From positions 1 through 64,000 of IMG/VR virus record IMGVR_UViG_3300048591_000147: a stretch of DNA of 64,000 bases. One strand, 5' to 3'. Every line of letters starts with the position of its first letter. Positions within the stretch are counted from its first letter, which is position 1. The notes beneath the pieces were generated by a model that was not told where the DNA came from, did not search any database, and saw only the letters and a program-made list of their open reading frames with translations. The position numbers and the translations under genes are program-made. Below are positions 19,063-28,827 of this stretch, one piece after another. This DNA comes from a virus.

Positions 19063-19954
19063 TCAATAATTCTATATAATTGTCTTTTTGAGGGTCATTA
19101 TTTTTAACCCCATCAATCCACATAGTTACCATTTCTGGAGTTGGTGGCTCAGGTTCTGGTAATTTTTCTACAGGTTCCGCAAATGGATTATATGGACAGT
19201 AGAATGCACCAGCATCTGTTTCTATTTGACATTTATACATAATTGGACCATCAATATTTTTTCTAGGTTCTTTTCTACTGAACTTCTGTTCTAGTGCCAT
19301 AATCAGATCTGTCATGTTGGCTGCGTATAGGCCCGCCGCGTTGAGCGTGTTAATTTCGACGATCTTAATACCGTCTGGCGTTTCGCAAACATCTATCACG
19401 TATGCCTCATGTGGTTGCCAGTCTCTACGATAAGAACAGCACAGGTTGTAAACGAAATTGTCAAATCGTTTATCAACGTCAGATGAGTAATGCACCGTGC
19501 CTCCACGTTTATACATGGATTTCGTTACAATTTTTCTATCTACTATCCAGTACCTATACTCCGCGTAGATTTCTTTAACAGGGCATACTTGGATTAATGT
19601 ATCACCGTTCATAGAAGAACCATAGTCATCACCCATCGTGAGAATACTATGTTGCCAATCTGTAAGCTCTTGATCCGTAAAGACTTTTCCAGCAAATACC
19701 TTGGAATCTTCAATTGGACGAAGGAATGCCGTTCCTGTTACAATCTTGGCATCAGCAAATCTCGACACAACAGCATCAGCATTGAGCATATATGAGCCCC
19801 AATGCTTCATCTGCTCATTGAAATTGACTGGCTCTAGATCGAACACACCGGGATACCAACCTTTCTTTCTTGCAATATGACGCATGGAATAAGATCCCAT
19901 GCATATTACATTAAGTAATAAATAAGAAAAAAGATTCAGTCGAATGACAATCAT
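19043..19954 (-). CDS. ATP-grasp domain protein (DUF4343-like)
   Basis: 'EYRYWIVDRKIVTKSMY' and 'YVIDVCETPDGIKIVEINTLNAAGLY' resemble the ATP-grasp C-terminal lobe. Confidence 0.45.
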   Translation of the reverse strand: MIVIRLNLFSYLLLNVICMGSYSMRHIARKKGWYPGVFDLEPVNFNEQMKHWGSYMLNADAVVSRFADAKIVTGTAFLRPIEDSKVFAGKVFTDQELTDWQHSILTMGDDYGSSMNGDTLIQVCPVKEIYAEYRYWIVDRKIVTKSMYKRGGTVHYSSDVDKRFDNFVYNLCCSYRRDWQPHEAYVIDVCETPDGIKIVEINTLNAAGLYAANMTDLIMALEQKFSRKEPRKNIDGPIMYKCQIETDAGAFYCPYNPFAEPVEKLPEPEPPTPEMVTMWIDGVKNNDPQKDNYIELLKKLPPF

Positions 19955-20007
19955 GGGTTATCTCCTTATACGATAAAACCCCCATAACCGTCGATAAACT
20001 TACTGAA

Positions 20008-20736
20008 TTATATGTGTCTAGGTGCCAGAATGGTATTGGGTTGCGCTGCAAACGCAAATTGCGGGGGTTCGATTCCCTCCCTAGACTCCAAATCTTTAAC
20101 CTTGGCAATCCAGTTTTTAACTTTTTGCCTTTTCATACCCAAAAGGTTGGCGACTTTGGTCACCCAACCATATTTTGTAAAATCTATACCAGATTCGTTT
20201 AGTAATGTTATACGTTCTTGCTGTGATTTAAACCACTCGTTTAAGTGAGTCGCCAACCATTCTTTTCTTTCTTTCTTCTGCGGTTTGATTAATGCCGTTT
20301 TTTTATTTTTAGAACAGTAGTTGGTAGTCTGAGTATGACAATTTGGACACAGCAATCTAAGATTTTCAAATCTGTTATCATCATTTAGACCGTTGATATG
20401 ATCTAATTGTAAAGTTAATGGTAAATTATTATGCGTTCCGGTATTTGCGCATAATGCACACGAGTAATTTGTTAATTCAATAAACCTAGCTTTGACCCTT
20501 TTTCTAGGGACTTCGCAACCTGTAGTAAATAATTCATCATCTGTGTAGTATCTCTTTAAGGCGGTCATATCTCTGCATTTAAAATGTGAAATATCTAAAT
20601 TATATTGTTTTATATATTTGGATAAGGTTCTATAACCTCCACCAGACGTTGAGTTGCAACCCATTTTTGCAATTGCTTCTCTTTTACTTAAACTATTTTG
20701 AATTATTGATTTAATTTCTTCTGCTTTTGTTTCCAT
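20008..20736 (-). CDS. HNH homing endonuclease (Mob-like) with a C-terminal HTH. The 3' end overlaps tRNA-Cys on the opposite strand.
   Basis: 'LQLDHINGLNDDNRFENLRLLCPNCH' HNH motif. Paralog of 48862..49767. Confidence 0.65.
   Translation of the reverse strand: METKAEEIKSIIQNSLSKREAIAKMGCNSTSGGGYRTLSKYIKQYNLDISHFKCRDMTALKRYYTDDELFTTGCEVPRKRVKARFIELTNYSCALCANTGTHNNLPLTLQLDHINGLNDDNRFENLRLLCPNCHTQTTNYCSKNKKTALIKPQKKERKEWLATHLNEWFKSQQERITLLNESGIDFTKYGWVTKVANLLGMKRQKVKNWIAKVKDLESREGIEPPQFAFAAQPNTILAPRHI
20016..20090 (+). tRNA. tRNA-Cys (anticodon GCA)
   Basis: Cloverleaf by eye: acceptor gtctagg/cctagac perfect, D stem ccag/ttgg, anticodon stem ttgcg/cgcaa with loop ctGCAaa, T arm ggggg-ttcgatt-ccctc, encoded CCA. 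Confidence 0.7.
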
Positions 20737-20799
20737 GATTAGATGAACCCCTGTTGTTAATTGTATTTATAATAACTGTAGTTCATCCTCAAATTTGAC

Positions 20800-20960
20800 A
20801 GATACGAATTGGTGTGTTAACATGCTTCACATGAGATCAGGGGAGTTCGACTCTCTCACGAGACTCCAAATAGAATTACTAGTCGAATTGTAAAGGGTTA
20901 TCGCATTCGGAGCGGCTGATATTGGTTCGATTCCAGTGTGTTCCATACAGAGGGACACTA
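20800..20960 (+). other. tRNA-like 3' fragments (T-arm plus acceptor 3' strand plus CCA) lacking 5' partners
   Basis: 'gggagttcgactctctcacgagactcca' and 'attggttcgattccagtgtgttcca'. No complementary 5' acceptor strand lies within 150 nt. Confidence 0.4.
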
Positions 20961-21040
20961 GCTTAATGGATAAAAGCAGCTAAAACATCCTTTCTTAATA
21001 CTTACTAGTATATTAATTTATGTCATAATGAGGAAGCAGC

Positions 21041-21210
21041 ATGGAATGTTACATGGTAGCAAGAAATCCATCAGGTGGAGATTATCTAGTCATGGATTAT
21101 TCATCCTTCGTTAGACAAGGTGGTAACGACCAATCATGGGGTAAGTGTTGGGTAACAATTTACGCTCGCTCCGCGAGTGAAGCTAGAGCTAAGGCATATC
21201 AATACTTATG
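21041..21210 (+). CDS. Small hypothetical protein (56 aa)
   Basis: Strong SD 'gaggaagcagcatg'. ATGA overlap with the next gene. Confidence 0.4.
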
Positions 21211-21468
21211 AAAGTTAATATCAAATTAGAAATTGTCCCATTTACGGTGCCGGATGACGTTGCTTTAAAAGGACCACCAGCACTTAGACAAGATGGATTT
21301 AAACCATTGCAAAGATATCCGCTATCAGCCTTAGACTATGATAGTTTGTCAGAATTATGTTCTAACTTTAGAAAAGAAATTTTCAAAAAGGCTGGAATCA
21401 TTGATCAACAAAATCATAATCCGTATCGCAGTTATGATTCGAATGGTGATCTTGAGGGTGGAAAATGA
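21208..21468 (+). CDS. Hypothetical protein (86 aa)
   Basis: ORF, translationally coupled to neighbours. Confidence 0.45.
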   Translation: MKVNIKLEIVPFTVPDDVALKGPPALRQDGFKPLQRYPLSALDYDSLSELCSNFRKEIFKKAGIIDQQNHNPYRSYDSNGDLEGGK

Positions 21469-21665
21469 CAGACAGATTTCATAGTTTTACAGTGGTTTTA
21501 AAAGAACCGATTCGCGAAGATGACGCAGAAGCATTGATGAATGCCATTAAATGCTTGAAAGGTGTAATTGATGTAGCTGGTAATGTTGCGGATGCTAACG
21601 CATATGTGGCATACTCCAGAGCACGCAGCGAGCTTCGTGATAAATTATGGGATGCACTGAAATGA
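21465..21665 (+). CDS. Hypothetical protein (66 aa)
   Basis: ORF. Confidence 0.4.
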   Translation: MTDRFHSFTVVLKEPIREDDAEALMNAIKCLKGVIDVAGNVADANAYVAYSRARSELRDKLWDALK

Positions 21666-21988
21666 CATCCACAATGGAAAGATTAAAAAAACATCTGGTA
21701 GCGGACAGGCAGAAGAGATTAGATGATCTAAGTGAACAAGATAATACGTTCTTTGATTTGACGAAAACTTCGGCTGAAAGATTTTTAAACAGAGTTAATG
21801 CGCAATTAGATCAAAGATGTCAAGTGATGGAAGCTATATTGCTTAGTCCAACATTTTCCAATGATGACAACAATCAGGAATATATTAACTGTAGCTTGTT
21901 GTTGGATAAGTATGAGAGTTTAATAAAACTTCTTCAACGAGATGATCTACTTGACATACTGGAAAAATGCGGTACAATAGAAGAATAA
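21647..21988 (+). CDS. Hypothetical protein (113 aa; true start possibly at 21662)
   Basis: ORF. Confidence 0.4.
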   Translation: MGCTEMTSTMERLKKHLVADRQKRLDDLSEQDNTFFDLTKTSAERFLNRVNAQLDQRCQVMEAILLSPTFSNDDNNQEYINCSLLLDKYESLIKLLQRDDLLDILEKCGTIEE

Positions 21989-22168
21989 AGAATATTGGTC
22001 GAACGATAAAAGGTTATCTCATTATCAGGGGCTGTAGGAAAGGTTCGAGTCCTTTCTCTTTTCACCAGAATGTAATTTGTGAAGATTATATCCATGTGAA
22101 AAGATGCGCTAGCGGCTGGCGGGCAAAAACATCTTTTTCATTAACTTACCAATTAATTAACAAAGTAG

Positions 22169-22197
22169 TTGACAGCAAGAATAATACGCAGTAGAAT
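22169..22197 (+). promoter_or_regulatory. Sigma70-type promoter TTGACA-N17-TAGAAT
   Basis: Exact -35 hexamer, 17-nt spacer, -10 TAGAAT. Lies inside repeat unit 1. Confidence 0.5.
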
Positions 22198-22380
22198 GTA
22201 CTAAATAAAGAGAACATTGGTCGAACTATAAAAGGTTACCACGTAAAGGGGATGTAGGAATGGTTTAAGTCCATTCGCTTTCCACCAAAATGTAATTTGA
22301 GAAGATTGCATTTCTATGGAAAGCTAGGCGAGGGTCCAGCCGTCCAAAAAAGTCTTTTGTAATAAACTTACCAATTAATG

Positions 22381-22388
22381 TATAAATA
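22381..22388 (+). promoter_or_regulatory. Late promoter motif TATAAATA
   Basis: Exact octamer at the unit 2/3 junction. Confidence 0.35.
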
Positions 22389-22788
22389 GAATAAAAATGT
22401 TGGTCGTTGATAGAAGTTTATCCGATAATCGTCCTAAGTAGAATGAAATAGTTCTGGATCTGGTAGATCTGATGATAAGAAAAATTACTTTTATTGTTAC
22501 ACCTTACCAACGAAAATTAAAATTGTTTAAGTCGAAAATGTAAAGGTTATCACAAACAGTCGTATGTGGGTTCGAGTCCCACCATTGCTGGAAGCAGTAA
22601 TAGTAGGCAAATTGGTTTAGCCAACCGTCAAAAACATCTTTCATTATTACTTACTTGAACATATAATTAGAATAAAATTGTCAGTCGATTTGTAGAAGAT
22701 TATCTTTCGTGAAAAAGGAAATATGGGTTCGACTCCCATCTCGGGCTTGGTGCTATCAAACTCTTTTACTATAACTTATTGACAAACA

Positions 22789-22796
22789 TATAAATA
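22789..22796 (+). promoter_or_regulatory. Late promoter motif TATAAATA
   Basis: Exact octamer before unit 6. Confidence 0.35.
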
Positions 22797-23010
22797 GAAT
22801 TTGTAGTCGATCTGCTAAGAATTATCTTTCAAATGGTGAAGTGGGCTAGGCCCATAATTTCTTGCTAATAACTTACTACAATAATTTTGAATTTATCAGT
22901 CGATAAATGATCATTATCACTCCGCCAAAACTTGGAGATTAGATGGTTCGAATCCATCACTAGCGTCGGTTCGCACTTGGTCGTTGACAACTTACTGGTA
23001 ATATATATTT

Positions 23011-23102
23011 GGATAGGTGTTCGAGCGGTTTAAGAAACTTGCCTTGAAAGCAAGAGATCCACCTAAAAACTGGGTCCGTGGGTTCGAATCCCACTCTATC
23101 CT
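23011..23102 (+). tRNA. tRNA-Ser (anticodon TGA), type II with a long variable arm
   Basis: Acceptor ggatagg/tctatcc (one G.U), D stem ttc/gaa, anticodon stem cttgc/gcaag with loop ctTGAaa, variable stem gatcca/tgggtc, T arm gtggg-ttcgaat-cccac. Confidence 0.6.
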
Positions 23103-23157
23103 CAGTTTTGTGTCCCCACATAAATAGATAAAGACTATTTAATGTGGGAACATAAGC

Positions 23158-23778
23158 ATGTATTATACGATATATCTAGTAACTAATACTATTAATGGTA
23201 ATGTTTACATAGGTAAACATCAAACGAATGATTTAAACGATGGCTATATGGGATCTGGTAAGATCCTTAAAAATGCCATTAAAAAATATGGACTTTGTAG
23301 TTTTCAAAAAACAATTTTACACATATTTGAAAACGAACAAGAGATGAATAAAAAAGAAGCAGAATTAGTAAATGAAGAGTTTATAGTACGAAAGGATACT
23401 TATAATATCTGTGTCGGTGGTTGTGGTGGATTTGGTTATATAAATAAAAATTTACCGAATGGTATGCTTGGTAAAAAGCAAACCGATTTCCAGAAACAAA
23501 GAGTGTCAGAGTGGCATGAGAAAAACAAACATCTTGTTGATAAAAACAAACACTCTGAAATGATTAAAAATGGATTGAAAAAAATGCTCAAACCTTCCGA
23601 TGGCTTTACAGGAAGGACACATACAGAAGATACCAAAAATAAAATGTGCAAGCCTAAAAATATTGGTGAAAGTAATTCACAGTTTGGTAGTATGTGGATA
23701 ACAGATGGTATAAATAGTATTAAAATAAAGAAGACAGATCTTATTCCAGAAGGATGGTATAAAGGTCGTAAAACGTGA
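23158..23778 (+). CDS. GIY-YIG homing endonuclease (Seg-like)
   Basis: 'MYYTIYLVTNTINGNVYIGKH' ... 'YNICVGGCGG'. Paralogous to 33438 and 47537. Confidence 0.7.
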   Translation: MYYTIYLVTNTINGNVYIGKHQTNDLNDGYMGSGKILKNAIKKYGLCSFQKTILHIFENEQEMNKKEAELVNEEFIVRKDTYNICVGGCGGFGYINKNLPNGMLGKKQTDFQKQRVSEWHEKNKHLVDKNKHSEMIKNGLKKMLKPSDGFTGRTHTEDTKNKMCKPKNIGESNSQFGSMWITDGINSIKIKKTDLIPEGWYKGRKT

Positions 23779-24103
23779 AAATGTTTTCTTTTTGGCGTGT
23801 CGTGTTACTGTTTAGTTGGGCTAAAGATGGACTTTGGTTCACTAGACGAAAAGATGGTGACAATGAGAAGCACTTAATAAGTTTTTGTTTTGTAGATAGA
23901 AAAGAAGGTCGCGTGTATACATTCATATGTTGGCGCTTCATGATTAAATTAGGTATTGTATAATTTTCACAGTCGATTAATCTGGTTTACCTTGGAGAAA
24001 CGTCCGACCTAAAAATCGGGTGCGAGTCTGGTTCAAACCCGGACAAAATAGCGAAAGCTATGCTGTATAAAACCATTTTAGCAACTTATTGTGATTTATA
24101 AGA

Positions 24104-24131
24104 AAAGGCCAGCGAAAGCTGGCCTTTTTGT
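24104..24131 (+). terminator. Rho-independent terminator
   Basis: 'aaaggccagc gaaa gctggccttt ttgtttg'. Confidence 0.75.
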
Positions 24132-24194
24132 TTGCGCTTGACAGTGGATCACTGTGACGCTATCATTGCTTCATAGATCAAGAGCCATCATATT

Positions 24195-24344
24195 ATGGAT
24201 GTTAAAAAACAGATAGAAGATGCTAAAGCTGAGATAGCATCTTGGCCGCAATGGATGCAGGATGCGGCGGTGACAGCGTCAGCGACATTCCCAAAAGTTC
24301 CAGAAAGTCTTTCCAAGCCTGATGAAGACGAGTGGATTATATGA
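24195..24344 (+). CDS. Small hypothetical protein (49 aa)
   Basis: ORF with SD. Overlaps the start of the next gene. Confidence 0.3.
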   Translation: MDVKKQIEDAKAEIASWPQWMQDAAVTASATFPKVPESLSKPDEDEWII

Positions 24345-24529
24345 AAATTATCAAACGTGGTACGGTCCCAACCCCAGAAGGTGAAAAGGTACACAAAGCC
24401 ACATGCCGTAATTGTAAAACAAAAATAGAATTCCAACAGAAAGAAGCAAATGTTGATGGGCGTGATGGTGATCGTTCCTTGTCCATTGCTTGTCCAGTCT
24501 GTAATACCTCAATTTATAAGAATCTTTAA
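24341..24529 (+). CDS. Zinc-ribbon protein (CxxC...CxxC)
   Basis: 'CRNCKTK...CPVCNTS'. Confidence 0.45.
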   Translation: MKIIKRGTVPTPEGEKVHKATCRNCKTKIEFQQKEANVDGRDGDRSLSIACPVCNTSIYKNL

Positions 24530-24531
24530 CC

Positions 24532-24876
24532 ATGCTTGATGCATTAAAACAGAAAGCGCTGGAGGCGTTCAAACACAATTGCCATAGCGGCATTCAAGCA
24601 TATGCAATGGTTGAAGAGTTCAAAGGCGACTATAGCGTTGAACGTGCAATGGTGGTCATTGCCCATACTTATTTTAATGTAGCGCAGGCATTCGCAAATA
24701 ATTATGTACTGAGTGATAGCTGTGATGATTTCTTTCCATATGTGGTATTGCGGACATTGGATCAAAGAGGGCAGAAACCAATTCCTGATTGGATTCTAAA
24801 AGTCATTGAAGATAATGATGGAATCATTCCAGACGCAATAGACTGGGTTGATGGTGTGGCAGTAGTTCGCGAGTGA
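24532..24876 (+). CDS. Hypothetical protein (114 aa)
   Basis: ORF. Confidence 0.45.
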   Translation: MLDALKQKALEAFKHNCHSGIQAYAMVEEFKGDYSVERAMVVIAHTYFNVAQAFANNYVLSDSCDDFFPYVVLRTLDQRGQKPIPDWILKVIEDNDGIIPDAIDWVDGVAVVRE

Positions 24877-25202
24877 AACTAATATGGCACCGAGGTAGAC
24901 AAGATTCAGGTTACTTTAAACTGAAATTGTTTGAGATACGCTGGCCGATTGGCATCGATTGCTATCTGTTAAAATTTGAAGACGGAGTGTCAGTACCATC
25001 CCACACCGATCTGGTTGATGATAAAAAACATTATAGAATGAATGTGACAATACGTAAGCCAGTGGATGGTGGCGAATTCATTTGTGAGAAATATGTGTTC
25101 AAATTTTGGCGTGTGTGTCTGTTCAGACCGGATATCAATAAACATAGCTTGACAACCGTTCGCGGAAAACTTATCATGTTTTCACTAGGAGTGGCAGTAT
25201 GA
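24873..25202 (+). CDS. Hypothetical protein (109 aa)
   Basis: ORF, overlapping start/stop. Confidence 0.45.
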   Translation: MKLIWHRGRQDSGYFKLKLFEIRWPIGIDCYLLKFEDGVSVPSHTDLVDDKKHYRMNVTIRKPVDGGEFICEKYVFKFWRVCLFRPDINKHSLTTVRGKLIMFSLGVAV

Positions 25203-25375
25203 TCAAAATTATATTAACAATCGTTGCATTCTTCTGTATCTTCTTCTTCGGTATTGACTATGTCGTCAAGCATGCGTATCATGTAAAACTCAAGAAGAGT
25301 CAGAGACTGACATATGCGGTAATCTGTACCACATTGACAAGCGTTGCACTATATCTCTTCGTTACTCTATTCTAA
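25199..25375 (+). CDS. Small 2-TM membrane protein (58 aa, below the ORF-track cutoff)
   Basis: ATGA overlap with the upstream stop. 'MIKIILTIVAFFCIFFFGIDYVV...LTYAVICTTLTSVALYLFVTLF'. Confidence 0.4.
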   Translation: MIKIILTIVAFFCIFFFGIDYVVKHAYHVKLKKSQRLTYAVICTTLTSVALYLFVTLF

Positions 25376-25393
25376 CCATTTAAGGAAAACAAA

Positions 25394-26200
25394 ATGACCA
25401 AATTTACCAAGTTGTCCCTAGCTATTGCCATTTCAGCTTTTGCTGTCGGTTGTACCCGTATTGAAACGGGTGAAGTGGGAGTGCGCGTTGACTATTTTAA
25501 GCAAGTTCAAAATGAAGAACTGATGGCAGGATCAGTAAACCAGACGCTAATTGGTGACGTACTTACCTTTCCGGTGAAAGACGTTCAGATCGATGTTGTG
25601 GACATGAATCCAGTTGCATCTGATAATAGCACCATGAAAGATTTTGACATGGTTGTCATTTACAGCATCAATGTTGACCAGATTGCTGACATCTATATCG
25701 ATAAGAATAAAAAGTTTCATTTTGTAGATGCAGATGGTGACATTCTACTGATGTATAACTACATCTATCAGGTAGCGCGTAATGCTGCCTATAAGTCTGC
25801 GCGCAAATACGAAGCATTGAAGATGGGTGACAATCGCGAAAGTATTGAGCAAGAAGTTAAAGAAATTATGGTAGCTTCGCTTGAAGCGGAAGGATTATCT
25901 GAGTCCATTTTAATTCAGCAGGTATTGGTCAGAAATATTCTACCAGCAGATGAGATTGTTGATTCTGCAAATGCTCTCGTAGAATCTAAGAACCGTTACC
26001 TCCAGAAGGAAGTGGAAGTACAGACAGCACGCAAGGAAGCGGAGCGTATTGCAGTTTTGAATGCGAATGCTGGGGCAGTAGGCTATATGGAAGCGTCTGC
26101 CACTGTGATGATTGCAGAGGCTGTACGTGATGGTAAGGTCAACACCATTATTATTCCATATGACTTCAAAGGCATCGTTGATACGAGAAAGCCTCAATAA
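25394..26200 (+). CDS. SPFH/band-7 (flotillin/YqiK-like) domain lipoprotein
   Basis: Lipobox 'ISAFAVGC'. SPFH start 'IETGEVGVRV'. C-terminal coiled-coil 'QKEVEVQTARKEAERIAVLNANA'. Confidence 0.55.
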   Translation: MTKFTKLSLAIAISAFAVGCTRIETGEVGVRVDYFKQVQNEELMAGSVNQTLIGDVLTFPVKDVQIDVVDMNPVASDNSTMKDFDMVVIYSINVDQIADIYIDKNKKFHFVDADGDILLMYNYIYQVARNAAYKSARKYEALKMGDNRESIEQEVKEIMVASLEAEGLSESILIQQVLVRNILPADEIVDSANALVESKNRYLQKEVEVQTARKEAERIAVLNANAGAVGYMEASATVMIAEAVRDGKVNTIIIPYDFKGIVDTRKPQ

Positions 26201-26293
26201 GTTATAAAACATACATCATGGATGTTGAGTAAGCTTGACATCCATGATGTAACGTTGTATTGTTACTACATCAACCACCACTGAGATAAAACC

Positions 26294-27382
26294 ATGTCCA
26301 ATACCAAATTAAACATCGCAAAGACCTTAAAGGTCGGCTTCAACACGCGAACTGACACCTATACTGGGATGCTCGCATATATCATCTATTATGATGAAAA
26401 GAATGTGCTGCGAAAAGAAAAAAGTTGGGAATCGTGGCGCGATAAGAAGATTGAAGCACAGGAATATCCGAATGAGCCAACTTCTGGGTTCGTTCTGAAC
26501 AAGAAAGTTGGCGATTATAGAAGTGATTGGAATCACCGATCTGCTGCTGTTCGCGTATACGATCCTCGCGGGTTTGAATTTGAGATTTCCGTAGAAAATC
26601 TCTTGTATATTCTCCAAGAATGTACTTCTACCAAGGGCAAGGGTCTGGAAGGTGACTTTGTATACGCATGGGATGGTTCCAACTTGGTTTTACTCCCTAC
26701 ATCCTCAGTAGAATATCAAGCATCCAAAGTTTTCACTGATCATAAACTGTCAAAGGTTTCGAAGAGTGAAATGGTTCCCGGATGTGTCTACATGAATAAG
26801 GACATGGAAAATGTTCTATATCTGGGCAGAGAGGACTATTACGAGTTCGAAACTAATTATAACGATGGTGGTTTTTACTCTCGTTATTATGCGAACAAGG
26901 GTAAGAAACACATATTCGTCTATATTGATAATGGTAAGACAGGATATTGGGTTCAATCCGGTTTCACCAAGATCGCATCTAAGATTTCTGATGTAATCTC
27001 TACAGATTTCCCAGAACAATACGAGAAGTTTAAACAATCGTTTAACGGGTCACCAGTAACCAAAATCACATTTGAAGAATGTGAACCAGTAATTTGTAAC
27101 CAATATGGATATGCACGTCTAGCAAATAACTATGAGACGGTTATAATGAAGGGTGGTAAATACTACAACTATAACGCTGATAGAATTACAAGCGATTCTG
27201 TAACTATACACGCTAGCGAAGAATGTACTATTGTCGGTGATAAGTTGATGGTCGCTGCTCGAAATTATAATAATTCCTATTATTATGGGCGTAACTTGGG
27301 CGATACTGTACGAATTCAAGATTTAAAGCTGTATGTTCCAACCATTCATAATGAATATGGCAACACCCACAAAATTCGATAA
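26294..27382 (+). CDS. Hypothetical protein (362 aa)
   Basis: ORF. Tyr/Asn-rich. No motif recognised. Confidence 0.5.
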   Translation: MSNTKLNIAKTLKVGFNTRTDTYTGMLAYIIYYDEKNVLRKEKSWESWRDKKIEAQEYPNEPTSGFVLNKKVGDYRSDWNHRSAAVRVYDPRGFEFEISVENLLYILQECTSTKGKGLEGDFVYAWDGSNLVLLPTSSVEYQASKVFTDHKLSKVSKSEMVPGCVYMNKDMENVLYLGREDYYEFETNYNDGGFYSRYYANKGKKHIFVYIDNGKTGYWVQSGFTKIASKISDVISTDFPEQYEKFKQSFNGSPVTKITFEECEPVICNQYGYARLANNYETVIMKGGKYYNYNADRITSDSVTIHASEECTIVGDKLMVAARNYNNSYYYGRNLGDTVRIQDLKLYVPTIHNEYGNTHKIR

Positions 27383-27393
27383 GGAATAAGAAA

Positions 27394-27822
27394 ATGTCAA
27401 ACAATGATACTAAGATTAAAGCCCTGTTAGAAACTATCGCTGTCAAGAAAGAGGCACTAGGCCAAAAGCCTCGAATTAGCTACAAGACCAATGGCGTGTT
27501 TAAGTATGAGAATAATGAGTTTTTCAATATTAACACCATTGTAGATCCACAGAAACTAGTTGACGCGCTATCGTATCTTCTGATCAAACAGAACTTTAAT
27601 GATGTTGCGGCAAATCTTCTATCAGTACCACATAAAGTATTACAGTGGAATGGATATACTCTAGACGAATGGTGTGATGATTTCAAAACCCGTCTAAGCG
27701 TAGTATCTTGGGAATCCAAGAAGAAGGAATTGGAAGCCGCTGAACTGAAACTTAAGAAGTTGGTCAGTGAAGACACCAGAACTGCGATGGAAATTGATGA
27801 AATCGCCAGCCTGTTTAAATAA
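27394..27822 (+). CDS. Hypothetical protein (142 aa)
   Basis: ORF with SD 'aggaataagaaaatg'. Confidence 0.5.
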   Translation: MSNNDTKIKALLETIAVKKEALGQKPRISYKTNGVFKYENNEFFNINTIVDPQKLVDALSYLLIKQNFNDVAANLLSVPHKVLQWNGYTLDEWCDDFKTRLSVVSWESKKKELEAAELKLKKLVSEDTRTAMEIDEIASLFK

Positions 27823-27840
27823 GATCAAGGAAAATCCATA

Positions 27841-28254
27841 ATGAACTTTAGTAGATTTGATTTTTTAGATAATGGCAGTATTTTAGTAATAGATGAAAAC
27901 GGCTCTGCCATTGTACACGGGCCTGATAGCTTGTTTAAAAATTGGAATTGTCCCGAAAAGAGCTTTTCTGTAAGAGTAAAGCAACTATATGATGCGTATA
28001 TCACTCTGCGTGATCAAGCACAAAATACTAAATCAGAAACCATTCAAAAACCAAAACAGTTTCTGATATTCGATTACGAAGATGAAAATGTGGTCGAAGT
28101 AAACGTCGGGGAGAATGAAATCCAGAATGTTATTCGGCGTTATGCTGAAGAAGATTGTGAAGGTTTCGAAGAGGACTTCAGACTTGGAGTTTATGAGTTG
28201 AAGGATAATTACCTTATCTCTCAGGTACAAAAAATCAATATAACCAAGCTATAA
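27841..28254 (+). CDS. Hypothetical protein (137 aa)
   Basis: ORF. Confidence 0.5.
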   Translation: MNFSRFDFLDNGSILVIDENGSAIVHGPDSLFKNWNCPEKSFSVRVKQLYDAYITLRDQAQNTKSETIQKPKQFLIFDYEDENVVEVNVGENEIQNVIRRYAEEDCEGFEEDFRLGVYELKDNYLISQVQKINITKL

Positions 28255-28257
28255 ATC

Positions 28258-28461
28258 ATGAACTTAACCGATCTCAAAGAGAAGAAGCAGAGAGAAGTCC
28301 TCAAGCTAATAGGCGAGAAATTTATAGAAGTTTCTAGAGATGGGTCGGAGGTTGACATTGATATCATTTTAGGATATCTTCAGGATAACTTCCTTGATCC
28401 ATTAGGGAATGATGATTTCTTCGGTACTGAAGGATGGGAACACTGGTTAGGTTTAGACTAA
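28258..28461 (+). CDS. Hypothetical protein (67 aa)
   Basis: ORF. Confidence 0.4.
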   Translation: MNLTDLKEKKQREVLKLIGEKFIEVSRDGSEVDIDIILGYLQDNFLDPLGNDDFFGTEGWEHWLGLD

Positions 28462-28476
28462 AATAAAGGAAAAGCA

Positions 28477-28827
28477 ATGCAGCTATTTATCCCGCCATTA
28501 GGCACTGTACTAAGATTGACAGCTAAATGGGAGTTCAGTTATTATGACGAATATCGAAACACCCAGTTGCGAGAATATCTTGGTCTTCCAAGACCTAGCT
28601 ATTATGAGCCAGATAAAGTTACACAATGTCAGCTACCTAGAGATGCGCTATTAAAAATTGATAGGATCTATATTAAGAAGGGATCACCAGCATATGATAG
28701 CGTTACATTCCTGTGGTTAAAGGAATCAGTTCCGGTGATCAATAACAAAAAGATTACAAAAAGCATCAGGTTTTGGGTAAAATTGCGTGACGCCAACCAA
28801 ATAGAGTGTGAAATTCATGAAAAATAA
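28477..28827 (+). CDS. Hypothetical protein (116 aa)
   Basis: ORF with SD 'aggaaaagcaatg'. Confidence 0.5.
   Translation: MQLFIPPLGTVLRLTAKWEFSYYDEYRNTQLREYLGLPRPSYYEPDKVTQCQLPRDALLKIDRIYIKKGSPAYDSVTFLWLKESVPVINNKKITKSIRFWVKLRDANQIECEIHEK

Larger units (their letters stand above)
21990..23000 (+). repeat. Array of ~7 degenerate direct-repeat units (100-190 bp). Each starts with '(T)GGTCGA/AGTCGA...GGTTATC', and most carry a tRNA T-arm-like 'GGTTCGANTCC' hairpin plus promoter-like motifs.
   Basis: Units begin near 21993, 22216, 22399, 22530, 22684, 22806, 22899. Units 1 and 2 align over ~180 bp. None folds into a cloverleaf by eye. Confidence 0.6.

Noticed and set aside
20012-20248. Plus-strand ORFs 20012..20248 and 20014..20202
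   Set aside because: They lie inside the HNH gene on the opposite strand and overlap tRNA-Cys.
21990-23000. Possible CRISPR or integron-like array
   Set aside because: The units are 100-190 bp, degenerate, and carry tRNA T-arm and promoter motifs. There is no short conserved repeat/spacer structure.
23940-24060. Possible tRNA ('tctggttcaaacccgga' hairpin)
   Set aside because: Only a T-arm-like hairpin with a 5-bp closing stem (gtccg/cggac). No acceptor, D or anticodon arms. Treated as a tRNA remnant or small hairpin.
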